From positions 202,051-266,050 of the forward strand of contig CAWAVC010000025.1 of assembly GCA_963785325.1 (NCBI GenBank): 64,000 bases of DNA, given 5' to 3'. The position numbers and the translations under genes were made by a program. Source of the stretch: an uncultured Bacteroidales bacterium (lineage in GTDB: Bacteria > Bacteroidota > Bacteroidia > Bacteroidales > FEN-979). Below the pieces are notes generated by a model, which saw only the letters and a program-made list of their open reading frames with translations, did not search any database and was not told the DNA's origin. Positions 53,016-61,848 of this stretch are shown piece by piece. The stretch's first letter is position 1, and each line of letters opens with the position of its first letter.

Positions 53016-53535
53016 ATGGAGAACTTGCAGCATTGGTATGCCGTTTACACGAAACCCAGGAGTGAAAAGAAATTAGCCGAACGGTTGAGCGATCAGGGTA
53101 TCGAGGCCTATCTTCCCATGCGCAAAACCCTGAAACAATGGTCGGACCGGAAGAAGATGGTTAGTGAGCCGCTGATTTCTTCTTATGTTTTCGTTAATAT
53201 TTTCCAGAAAGATTATCTTGAAGTACTCAAGAAATGCCCGAAGCGCGTGAGGTATATGTGGTTCTGCGGCAAGCCTGCTGTTATTCCTTCAAACCGAGAT
53301 CCAGTCATTGAAGCTTATCATAAAACCAGGACCTTGATATCCAACGTGTTTCGTCATCTTTTCCCACAAGGTACCCGTGTGCAGGTGGTCTCGGTCATTT
53401 GAAGGGACTTACGGCGAACTGCTGAACCATGCCGGGAAACATAGAGTCATGATCAGGCTCGATAATCTGGATAAGGCGCTACTGCTGACGATTTCACCAC
53501 GGCTGTTGGAGGAAGTGAATGTGAGTAGTGAATAG
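53016..53535 (+). pseudogene. UpxY-family (NusG-like) transcription antiterminator, disrupted by at least one and probably three frameshifts
   Basis: The NGN domain WYAVYTKPRSEKKLAERL...SYVFV is intact. EIQSLKLIIKPG, FPQGTRVQVVS and FEGTYGELLNHAGKHRVMIRL (KOW region) lie in alternating frames between 53294 and 53400. Confidence 0.7.
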
Positions 53536-53592
53536 TGAGAGGTGAGAGGTGAGAGGTGAGAGGTGAGAGGTGAGAGGTGAGAGGTGAGAAGG
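53515..53592 (+). repeat. heptamer array AGTGAAT, then GGTGAGA x8
   Basis: Direct reading. Confidence 0.95.
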
Positions 53593-53816
53593 TAATTACT
53601 CATTTTTGTGTGCTAAGTTTTGGTATTTTCAGAGATGGGACTGGACAGGGCGAAGCTGTAAATGGTGAAAAGTGAGAGGTGAGAGGTGAGTGAGGGTGTG
53701 GGTGAGTGGAAAATGGTTAGTAGTGAATGTGGTCATGGAGAGTGGAGAATGAAATTTCAATAAAAAATCAAGATTATTTTGTATTTTTGAAAACATGTTA
53801 CAATAAATCACCTGGT

Positions 53817-54020
53817 ATGACAACCATTGTTATTAAGCCAAAAACAAAAACAGAAAGGGATTTTATTACCCGTCTGTTAAAAAAAATGAATATTGAAGTT
53901 GACCTGATTGAAGAACCTGAACCTAATTATAAAACCCGAAAAGCAATGGAAGAGGTTTATCATAAAAGGGGCACCAAGGTCAAGGATTCCAAAGAACTCT
54001 TTAAAGAGCTTGGAATCTGA
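53817..54020 (+). CDS. DUF2683-like antitoxin candidate
   Basis: MTTIVIKPKTKTERDFITRLLKKMNIEVDLIEE... The stop overlaps the start of the toxin remnant (ATGA). Confidence 0.45.
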   Translation: MTTIVIKPKTKTERDFITRLLKKMNIEVDLIEEPEPNYKTRKAMEEVYHKRGTKVKDSKELFKELGI

Positions 54021-54139
54021 TGTTTCAACTGGTCTACACCAATAGATTCAAAAAAGACATAAAACTTCTTCAGAAAAGAGGCTTTGACCTGAACTTGCTA
54101 AAAATCGTCATCTCCATTCTGGAAGAAAATAGTGAGTAG
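54020..54139 (+). pseudogene. YafQ/RelE-type toxin remnant (first ~37 codons only), cut off by the repeat arm of cassette A
   Basis: MFQLVYTNRFKKDIKLLQKRGFDLNLLKIVISILEEN matches the N-terminus of YafQ-type toxins (about 90 aa expected). The ORF then runs into AGTGAGT units and a TAG. Confidence 0.55.
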
Positions 54140-54161
54140 TGAGTGGTGAATAGTGAATGGT
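54131..54161 (+). repeat. 5' arm of cassette A (AGTGAGT, GGTGAAT, AGTGAAT)
   Basis: GTGGTGAATAGTGAATGGT at 54143-54161 is the perfect reverse complement of 54579-54597. Confidence 0.95.
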
Positions 54162-54177
54162 AAAAAAATGAATTTTC

Positions 54178-54524
54178 ATGGATCATAAAGATCTGGAGGT
54201 TTGGAAAGAATCAATGCTTCTTGCAAAGGAGGTATATTTTTTGACAAAAGGGTTTCCCAAAGAAGAAATATATGGGATTACCTCCCAAATCAGAAGAGCA
54301 TCGGTATCAGTTCCATCAAATATCGCTGAAGGCGCTGCAAGAAGTAGCGATAAAGAATTCATTCAATTTCTTTATATTTCCCTTGGTTCTCTCTCTGAAT
54401 TGGAAACTCAATTATTGTTATCCCGGGATTTGGAATTCATGAGGAATCCAGATATCTTACCAAAAATCGAATCGACAAAAAGAAAATTTTAGGTCTGATC
54501 AAATATCTGAAAAACAAAATTTAG
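54178..54524 (+). pseudogene. four-helix-bundle protein (23S rRNA IVS protein / Avd-like), copy A, with a 1-nt indel in an A-run near the 3' end (or a sequencing error)
   Basis: About 85% aa identity to copies B and C. After ...IESTK the tail KKILGLIKYLKNKI continues in another frame. The junction is at 54478-54490. Confidence 0.8.
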
Positions 54525-54548
54525 AAATAATGTAGTCGAATTCCCGCA

Positions 54549-54597
54549 CCCACACACACTACTAACTATTCACCTCTCACCATTCACTATTCACCAC
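54549..54597 (-). repeat. 3' arm of cassette A (inverted GGTGAAT/GGTGAGA units)
   Basis: See the 5' arm: 19-bp perfect complementarity. Confidence 0.95.
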
Positions 54598-55134
54598 TTG
54601 TTAGATACCCTTATCACAAGCAAGACGCGGATTAAGCTGCTGCTGAGGTTTTTCCTGAACAGCAACACTACTTCTTATCTGCGAAACCTGGAGACGGATT
54701 TCGACGAATCTACCAACTCCATCAGGATCGAGCTGAACAGGTTTGAGAAAGCCGGTTTGCTGGTTTCCGGGAAAGAACAGAACCGGAAGGTTTATAAGGC
54801 CAATACCAACCATCCCCTATTTCCCGATATCAACAATATCCTGAGGAAGTACATCGGGGTCGATCAGATCATCGATAAGGTGCTCGGACACCTGGGATCT
54901 GTAAATAAGGCATATATCACGGGTGATCTTGCGAGAGGAAAGGACGCCGACAGCATCAACCTCTACCTCATCGGCACTGAACTCGATCTCGACTACCTCA
55001 AACATCTCATAAAGAAGACTCAAACGCTGATACACCGCGGTATCAAGTATAAACTGCTGGACGAAGGGGAAGAAGCGGAATTTCTCAAAGAGAATCCAGA
55101 TGCATTTGTTATTTGGAAGGGGAATGGTGAATAG
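54598..55134 (+). CDS. winged-helix transcriptional regulator with a C-terminal nucleotidyltransferase-like domain
   Basis: MLDTLITSKTRIKLLLRFFLN...YLRNLE...IRIELNRFEKAGLL (ArsR-like wHTH). The TTG start directly abuts the repeat arm. Confidence 0.55.
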   Translation: MLDTLITSKTRIKLLLRFFLNSNTTSYLRNLETDFDESTNSIRIELNRFEKAGLLVSGKEQNRKVYKANTNHPLFPDINNILRKYIGVDQIIDKVLGHLGSVNKAYITGDLARGKDADSINLYLIGTELDLDYLKHLIKKTQTLIHRGIKYKLLDEGEEAEFLKENPDAFVIWKGNGE

Positions 55135-55238
55135 TGAATGGTGAGAGGTGAGAGGAGAAAAAGTGAGAGGTGAGAGGTGAGAGGAAAAAAAGTGAGAGGT
55201 GAGAGGTGAGAAGACGTGAGATGTGAGAAGTGAGAAGT
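55122..55238 (+). repeat. 5' arm of cassette B (GGTGAAT, then GGTGAGA blocks, GATGTGA, AGTGAGA)
   Basis: GTGAGAGGTGAGAGGTGAGA at 55192-55211 is complementary to part of 55628-55655. Confidence 0.95.
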
Positions 55239-55255
55239 AAAAAAAAAAGAATTTT

Positions 55256-55609
55256 ATGAATCATAAAGAGTTGGAGGTTTGGAAAGAGTCAATGATTCTT
55301 GCAAGGGAAGCTTACCTTTTGACTAAAGGTTTTCCTAAGGAAGAATTGTATGGAATTACTTCACAGATAAGAAGAGCATCGGTTTCTATACCATCAAATA
55401 TTGCAGAAGGTGCTGCACGAAGCAGTGATAAAGAATTCATTCAATTTCTATATATATCTCTGGGGTCACTCTCTGAACTTGAAACCCAATTCTTATTATC
55501 AAAAGATTTGAAATTTATTGAAAACCTTGAGGTTTTACATAAAATCGAATCGATAAAAATGAAACTTCTCGGCTTGATAAAATACCTGAAAAACAAAAAG
55601 AAAAAATAA
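55256..55609 (+). CDS. four-helix-bundle protein (23S rRNA IVS protein / Avd-like), copy B
   Basis: LEVWKESMILAREAY...SQIRRASVSIPSNIAEGAARSSDKEFIQFLYISLGSLSELETQ, 117 aa. Confidence 0.85.
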   Translation: MNHKELEVWKESMILAREAYLLTKGFPKEELYGITSQIRRASVSIPSNIAEGAARSSDKEFIQFLYISLGSLSELETQFLLSKDLKFIENLEVLHKIESIKMKLLGLIKYLKNKKKK

Positions 55610-55627
55610 CATCATACCTGTATTTAC

Positions 55628-55655
55628 ATCTCACCTCTCACCTCTCACCTCTCAC
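55628..55655 (-). repeat. 3' arm of cassette B (inverted GGTGAGA x4), followed by an AAACTTA array to 55710
   Basis: Direct reading. Confidence 0.95.
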
Positions 55656-55710
55656 AGCTTAACACTTAAAACTTAAAACTTAAAACTAATAACACTTAAA
55701 ACTAATACTT

Positions 55711-56413
55711 TTGAAAGCAGTAATTCTGGCGGGGGGTAAGGGAACGAGGTTGAAACCTTATACTACCGTTATTCCGAAGCCATTGGTGCCGGTTGGGGAG
55801 ACTTCGATTATCGAGATCCTGATCAGGCAACTTAAAAAGTCGGGAATTGAAGAGGTGGATGTGTGCCTGGGCCACTTTGCCGAAATCATCATGGCCTTCC
55901 TCGGAGATGGCAGCAAATGGGGAATAAAGATCAGGTATTCCGTTGAAACAAAGCTTATGGGGACAGTTGCTCCTCATTAAACTGCTCAGCGACCTGCCTG
56001 AGAATTTCCTGGTCATGAATGGCGATCTGCTGACAAATCTTGACTTTATGAATTTGTATGCTACCCATCTTAATAATGATTCATTGCTGACCGTTTCAAC
56101 GTATCAGCGGACGACAAAAATTGATTTTGGCGTTATCGAAACTGAAGGACAATCTGAGAAAGTTACCGGTTTTAAAGAAAAACCTGAATATAACTTCGAA
56201 GTCAGCATGGGGGTTTATGTGATGAACAGGAAGATCCTTGACTTTGTTCCCGATGACCAGCCTTTTGGGTTTGACGACCTGATGATCACACTGATTCAGA
56301 AGAAACAACCTATCTCAATCTACCGCTTCAATGGTTATTGGCTCGATATCGGGAGGCCGGATGATTATGAGAAGGCGAATGAGGATGTGGGAAAGGTGAG
56401 AGGTGAGAGGTGA
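55711..56413 (+). pseudogene. sugar-phosphate nucleotidyltransferase, split by a 1-nt indel (or a sequencing error)
   Basis: ILAGGKGTRLKPYT..IPKPLVPV in ORF1 and LVMNGDLLTN...WLDIGRPDDY in ORF2. The junction is at 55969-55977. TTG start. The stop lies inside a GGTGAGA unit. Confidence 0.8.
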
Positions 56414-56417
56414 GAAG
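56394..56417 (+). repeat. 5' arm of cassette C (GGTGAGA x3)
   Basis: Direct reading. Confidence 0.9.
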
Positions 56418-56434
56418 AAAAAAAATAAAAAAGT

Positions 56435-56788
56435 ATGAATCATAAAGATTTGGAAGTTTGGAAGGAATCGATGCTTCTTGCAAAGGAAGTATATCTTGTG
56501 ACAAAAGGTTTTCCTAAGGAAGAATTGTATGGAATTACTTCACAGATAAGAAGAGCATCGGTTTCTGTACCATCAAATATTGCAGAAGGCGCTGCACGAA
56601 GCAGTGATAAAGAGTTTATTCAATTTCTATATATCTCTCTTGGTTCCCTTTCTGAACTTGAAACCCAATTATTATTATCCCGGGATTTGAAATTTATTGA
56701 AAATCTGGATTTTTTACCAAAAATCGAATCGGTAAAAATGAAACTTATCGGCTTGATAAAATATCTTAAAAACAAAATGAAAAAATAA
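56435..56788 (+). CDS. four-helix-bundle protein (23S rRNA IVS protein / Avd-like), copy C
   Basis: 117 aa, about 90% identical to copy B. The nucleotide tract 56507-56566 is identical to 55328-55387. Confidence 0.85.
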   Translation: MNHKDLEVWKESMLLAKEVYLVTKGFPKEELYGITSQIRRASVSVPSNIAEGAARSSDKEFIQFLYISLGSLSELETQLLLSRDLKFIENLDFLPKIESVKMKLIGLIKYLKNKMKK

Positions 56789-56806
56789 CATCATAGTTGC
56801 ACTTAC

Positions 56807-56834
56807 ATCTCACCTCTCACTTCTCACTTCTCAC
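56807..56834 (-). repeat. 3' arm of cassette C (inverted GGTGAGA/AGTGAGA units)
   Basis: Direct reading. At least 13 bp is perfectly complementary to the 5' arm. Confidence 0.9.
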
Positions 56835-56844
56835 AATTTAAAAC

Positions 56845-57916
56845 TTGAAGATCGTAACGGTTATCGGGGCAAGGCCGCAGTTTATTAAGGCGGCGACTTA
56901 TGTCACGGTTACTTTGCATGTATCCTGATGTTGAAGAGATCCTCGTGCATACAGGGCAGCATTATGATCCGAATATGTCGGATATCTTTTTCGAGGAGCT
57001 GGATATTCCGCATCCTGATTTTAACCTGGAGGTCGGCTCAGGTTCTCACGCTGTTCAGACCGGTAAAATGCTCAGGGGTATAGAGACTATCCTTATGGAT
57101 AAAAAACCAGATTGGACACTGGTGTACGGTGATACAAATTCGACCCTTGCCGGTGCGCTTGCTTCCACGAAACTCAATATCCCCGTGGCTCATGTTGAGG
57201 CAGGGCTTCGATCCTTTAACCGGAAGATGCCTGAAGAGATCAACCGGATCGTGACAGACCATATTTCCGACCTCCTCTTCGCCCCTACCCCCACGGCTAT
57301 GGTCAACCTTGAAAAGGAAGGGCTGCTCGGATCAAGCTTCCAAACCGGAGATGTGATGTTCGATAGTACGCTATTTTACAAAGAGAAAATACTCAGGAAT
57401 CCTGACACGTATAAGACTAATGGACTTCCGGATAAATACCTGCTGGCTACGGTGCATCGTGCCGAAAATACCGATAACATCAATAACCTGAGAAACATTT
57501 TCAAGGCATTCTCTGAATCCCGGGAGACCATTGTGTTGCCCATCCATCCACGAACCCGGAAAAGCATCGCCAATATCATTCAGATTCCTGAAAATGTTCA
57601 CCTCATCGATCCCGTCGGATACCTTCAGATGCTTTATCTGACGATACATTCAGTCAAAGTCCTTACTGATTCAGGAGGCTTGCAGAAAGAGGCTTATTTT
57701 CTTGGTAAACAATGTATTACCCTGCGTACGGAAACGGAATGGCTGGAGACAGTTCACGATAATTGGAATATCGTTACAGGAACAGACCCGGATAAGATTC
57801 TGGGGGCTATACGGTCGGAAGTTCCTGATAAGCCTCAACATTCATCGTTTGGAGATGGACATGCGGCGGAGGCGATCGTTGAGAAGATAAAATGGGTACT
57901 GGGTACTGGGTACTAG
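56845..57916 (+). pseudogene. wecB: UDP-N-acetylglucosamine 2-epimerase with a frameshift after codon ~17 (or a sequencing error)
   Basis: (TTG)KIVTVIGARPQFIKAAT lies in one frame and SRLLCMYPDVEEILVHTGQHYDPNMS... in the next. There is one extra nt at 56896-56902 relative to the paralogous fragment at 62984. The tail WVLGTGY and the stop lie in a GGGTACT array. Confidence 0.8.
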
Positions 57917-58158
57917 GTACTGGGTACTGGGTACTGGGTACTAGGTACTGGGTACTGGGTACTGGGTACTGGGTACTAGGTACTGCAGACAAAGCGACGT
58001 GGTGAACTGGTGACAGAGTGATGTGGTGAACTGGTGAGAAGTGAATGGTGAGAGGTGAATAGTGAGTGGTGAATAGTGAGTGGTGAATAGTGAATGGTGA
58101 ATGGGAAAAAGTAATAAAGTGACAAAGTAACAAAGTAACAAAGTAACAGAGTAACAAA
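57894..58158 (+). repeat. mosaic array: GGGTACT x about 12, GGTGAACT/GGTGACAG, GGTGAAT/AGTGAGT, AAGTAACA octamers
   Basis: Direct reading. Confidence 0.95.
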
Positions 58159-58172
58159 TAATCACTGAAAAA

Positions 58173-59291
58173 ATGAACCCATTCAGTTACGGATCTATAG
58201 TCAGGGGGCCATATTTTTACGACAGAGTTCCGGAATGTAAGCGTATTGTTTCAACTTTATCAGGGGGAAACAATTTAGTGTTATTTGCACCCCGCCGTTA
58301 TGGAAAGACCTCTCTTGTTTTTCGAGTTATTGAGGAATTGGAAAAGATGGATTACACCTGCATCTATTTCGATTTTATGCCTGTTTATTCAAGAGAGTCA
58401 TTTATCGAAGCTTACTCAAAAGCCATTCTCGCAAAGCAAAGCAATCTTCAGCGTGCTGTTAAATCCATGGCCATCTGGGTAAAAGGCATCCGCACTAAAA
58501 TAGCATTTAACCAATCCGGAACCCCTGAATTCTCAATAGATTTTACAGACGATATCCTGACTGAAAAAACATTGGAAGATATTGTTGATTTACCCGAAAA
58601 ACTTGCTTCGGAAAGGAAACGATTTGTCATAATTTTTGATGAGTTTCAGGAAATAAATAAGTTGAATGGTGAGAATTTCGAAAAATTATTGCGCAGTAAG
58701 ATACAGCAGCAGCAATATATAACTTACATGTTTCTGGGAAGCCGTACCCATTTACTCAGTGATATGTTCAATAATAAGGCACGTTCGTTTTACAATGCTG
58801 CAATGTTGATGCAGTTGGACACTTTGCCTGAAAATGAAACCATCAGTTTTTTGAAAAACAGATTTGCCTTGTCAAATATTACCATTGATGAAGCTACGGC
58901 TATATTCCTTATTAAGCAAGCAGGAAATATTCCTTACTATATACAACTATTAGCTGCCGAAGTATGGCAAAATCTGGTATCATCATCTAAGAATTTAAAC
59001 ACAACTATTATTGCAGATTGTGCTGAGGGTATTGTTGATTTGAAAAGCGATTTTTACTTTGAGCTTTATGACAGGCAATCATCCTATCAGAAAAAATTAT
59101 TAAAATCTCTTCTGATCAGCGGTGAAAATGTATTTTCAGCAGATTATACAAAACGATTTCGTTTATCCGCCACATCGACAACTCAAAAAGCGTTACTGGG
59201 GTTGATAGAAACAGGTATCATTGAGAAATTGGGAGGTACATATTTTATTAGTGATCCATTTTTCAAACGATTTCTTTCACGTTACGCCTGA
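58173..59291 (+). CDS. AAA-type ATPase (archaeal-ATPase/DUF234-like)
   Basis: FYDRVPECKRI..., Walker A APRRYGKTSL and Walker B VIIFDEFQE. Confidence 0.65.
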   Translation: MNPFSYGSIVRGPYFYDRVPECKRIVSTLSGGNNLVLFAPRRYGKTSLVFRVIEELEKMDYTCIYFDFMPVYSRESFIEAYSKAILAKQSNLQRAVKSMAIWVKGIRTKIAFNQSGTPEFSIDFTDDILTEKTLEDIVDLPEKLASERKRFVIIFDEFQEINKLNGENFEKLLRSKIQQQQYITYMFLGSRTHLLSDMFNNKARSFYNAAMLMQLDTLPENETISFLKNRFALSNITIDEATAIFLIKQAGNIPYYIQLLAAEVWQNLVSSSKNLNTTIIADCAEGIVDLKSDFYFELYDRQSSYQKKLLKSLLISGENVFSADYTKRFRLSATSTTQKALLGLIETGIIEKLGGTYFISDPFFKRFLSRYA

Positions 59292-59317
59292 TGGCGTTAC
59301 GCCAAAAAGCGTAAAAA

Positions 59318-60665
59318 CAGGCGGACGAAAAAAAGTCACAAAGTGATAGAGTGATAGAGTGACAAAGTAAAAAAGCGGACAAGCGGACAAGCGGACGGAC
59401 GAGGTGGTGAGAAGTGAGAGGTGAGAAGTGAATGAAAAATTAATAAAAAGTCACAGAATTCACAAAGTAAAAAAGCGGACAAGCGGACAAGCGGACAAGC
59501 GGACGGACGAGGTGGTGAGAAGTGAGAGGTGAGAAGTGAATGAAAAATTAATAAAAAGTCACAGAATTCACAAAGTAAAAAAGCGGACAGGTGAACAAGC
59601 GGACAAGCGGACAAGCGGACAAGCGGACAAGCGGACGGACGAGGTGGTGAGAAGTGAGAGGTGAGAAGTGAATGAAAAATTAATAAAAAGTCACAGAATT
59701 CACAAAGTAAAAAAGCGGACAGGTGAACAAGCGGACAAGCGGACAAGCGGACAAGCGGACAAGCGGACGGGCGAGGTGGTGAGAAGTGAGAGGTGAGAAG
59801 TGAATGAAAAATTAATAAAAAGTCACAGAATTCACAAAGTAAAAAAGCGGACAGGTGAACAAGCGGACAAGCGGACAAGCGGACAAGCGGACGGGCGAGG
59901 TGGTGAGAAGTGAGAGGTGAGAAGTGAATGAAAAATTAATAAAAAGTCACAGAATTCACAAAGTAAAAAAGCGGACAGGTGAACAAGCGGACAAGCGGAC
60001 AAGCGGACAAGCGGACAAGCGGACAAGCGGACGGGCGAGGTGGTGAGAAGTGAGAGGTGAGAAGTGAATGAAAAATTAATAAAAAGTCACAGAATTCACA
60101 AAGTAAAAAAGCGGACAAGCGGACAAGCGGACAAGCGGACGGACGAGGTGGTGAGAAGTGAGAGGTGAGAAGTGAATGAAAAATTAATAAAAAGTCACAG
60201 AATTCACAAAGTAAAAAAGCGGACAGGTGAACAAGCGGACAAGCGGACAAGCGGACAAGCGGACGGGCGAGGTGGTGAGAAGTGAGAGGTGAGAAGTGAA
60301 TGAAAAATTAATAAAAAGTCACAGAATTCACAAAGTAAAAAAGCGGACAGGTGAACAAGCGGACAAGCGGACAAGCGGACAAGCGGACAAGCGGACAAGC
60401 GGACAAGCGGACAAGCGGACGGACGAGGTGGTGAGAAGTGAGAGGTGAGAAGTGAATGAAAAATTAATAAAAAGTCACAGAATTCACAAAGTAAAAAAGC
60501 GGACAAGCGGACAAGCGGACAAGCGGACAAGCGGACAAGCGGACGGGCGAGGTGGTGAGAAGTGAGAGGTGAGAAGTGAATGAAAAATTAATAAAAAGTC
60601 ACAGAATTCACAAAGTCAGAGTCACAAAGTAAAAAAGTGACAAAGTAAGGAAGTGAGAACCTTGA
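59318..60665 (+). repeat. higher-order repeat: 10 composite units of about 108-157 bp
   Basis: Each unit has (CAAGCGGA)n with n about 3-8, with or without GGTGAAC, followed by a constant module CG(A/G)GCGAGGTGGTGAGAAGTGAGAGGTGAGAAGTGAATGAAAAATTAATAAAAAGTCACAGAATTCACAAAGTAAAAAAGCGGA. The constant module was counted 10 times. Confidence 0.95.
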
Positions 60666-60689
60666 GCTTGAAACCTTGAATTATAGAAG

Positions 60690-61544
60690 ATGAATACCCA
60701 TGTAGACATAGGTGAAATAATCTTATATCAGCCGGACGATAAATCCACACAACTTGAAGTCCGCATAGATGAAGAAACTGTATGGTTATCGCAAAGCCAA
60801 ATGGTTGAGCTTTTCAGTTCTACAAAGCAAAATGTAAGTTTGCATATTAGCAATATTTTTAAGGAAAATGAATTAGACCCAACTTCAACTGTCAAGGAAT
60901 ACTTGACAGTTCAATTGGAAGGAACAAGAAGGGTAAAGCGAAAGATGACCGTTTATAATCTTGACGTCATCATATCTGTAGGATATCGGGTTAAATCTCG
61001 GCGTGGTACGCAGTTTCGGATTTGGGCTAACCAGGTACTGAAAAATTATTTACTGAAGGGATATGTTCTGAATCAGCGTGTCGACAGGATTGAAAAAAAG
61101 CTGTTGGATCATGATCAAAAATTTGACTTAATGATAAAGACCAACCTGCTGCCAAACGAAGGGATTTTTTATGACGGGCAGATTTTTGATGCGTACCAGT
61201 TTGCATCGGATTTAATCAAATCTGCTAGCAAATCCATTGTGCTGATTGACAACTACGTGGATGAAAGCGTATTGACATTACTTTCGAAAAGAGCCACTGG
61301 AGTGACAGCTATGATATACACAGCCTCAGTTTCAAAACAACTGGCACTGGATCTGAAACGCTTTAATGCCCAATACCCGGTAATTAATGTGAAAACTTTT
61401 ACCAGATCGCACGACCGTTTCCTGATCATTGACAATTCTGCAATTTATCACATTGGGGCTTCATTAAAGGATCTTGGAAAGAAATGGTTTGCCTTTTCCA
61501 AAATCAAGTTTGATGCAATGGAGATGATTAAAAAATTGAAGTGA
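60690..61544 (+). CDS. RhuM-family protein (virulence-RhuM N-domain plus a C-terminal HxD/PLD-like segment)
   Basis: EVRIDEETVWLSQSQMVELF...NLDVIISVGYRVKSRRGTQFRIWANQVLK. C-terminal SHDRFLIIDN..IYHIGASLKDLGKK. Confidence 0.65.
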   Translation: MNTHVDIGEIILYQPDDKSTQLEVRIDEETVWLSQSQMVELFSSTKQNVSLHISNIFKENELDPTSTVKEYLTVQLEGTRRVKRKMTVYNLDVIISVGYRVKSRRGTQFRIWANQVLKNYLLKGYVLNQRVDRIEKKLLDHDQKFDLMIKTNLLPNEGIFYDGQIFDAYQFASDLIKSASKSIVLIDNYVDESVLTLLSKRATGVTAMIYTASVSKQLALDLKRFNAQYPVINVKTFTRSHDRFLIIDNSAIYHIGASLKDLGKKWFAFSKIKFDAMEMIKKLK

Positions 61545-61730
61545 AAGTCATAAAGTCAAGAAGTCACAAAGTAACAAAGTGACAAAGTGATAAACGGACA
61601 AGCGGACAGGAGAAAATCGTGACGCGGAAATCGTGGGAAGTGAGAGGTGAGAGGTGAGAGGTGAAAAAGTGAGAAGTGAGAGGTGAGAGGTGAGAAGTGA
61701 GTGGTGAGAAGTGAGTGGTGAGATGTGAAA
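61545..61730 (+). repeat. mosaic array: AAGTCA(C/T)A octamers, CAAGCGGA, AATCGTGACGCGG, GGTGAGA/AGTGAGA
   Basis: Direct reading. Confidence 0.9.
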
Positions 61731-61848
61731 AAGGCTTTTCGGAGCAAGTTCAAGTTTTAGGTGTATTGTTGTATATTTGTACTAAAGTATAAAATTATAG
61801 CTATCGGATATTTGATAGATCTTCAGGATGAGATAATACTAAACAAAA

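Noticed and set aside
59318-60665. Possible CRISPR array, because of regularly spaced conserved ~72-bp modules
   Set aside because: The segments between the modules are not unique spacers. They are variable numbers of the CAAGCGGA octamer. The repeat is far longer than CRISPR repeats, there is no leader, and no cas genes lie nearby.
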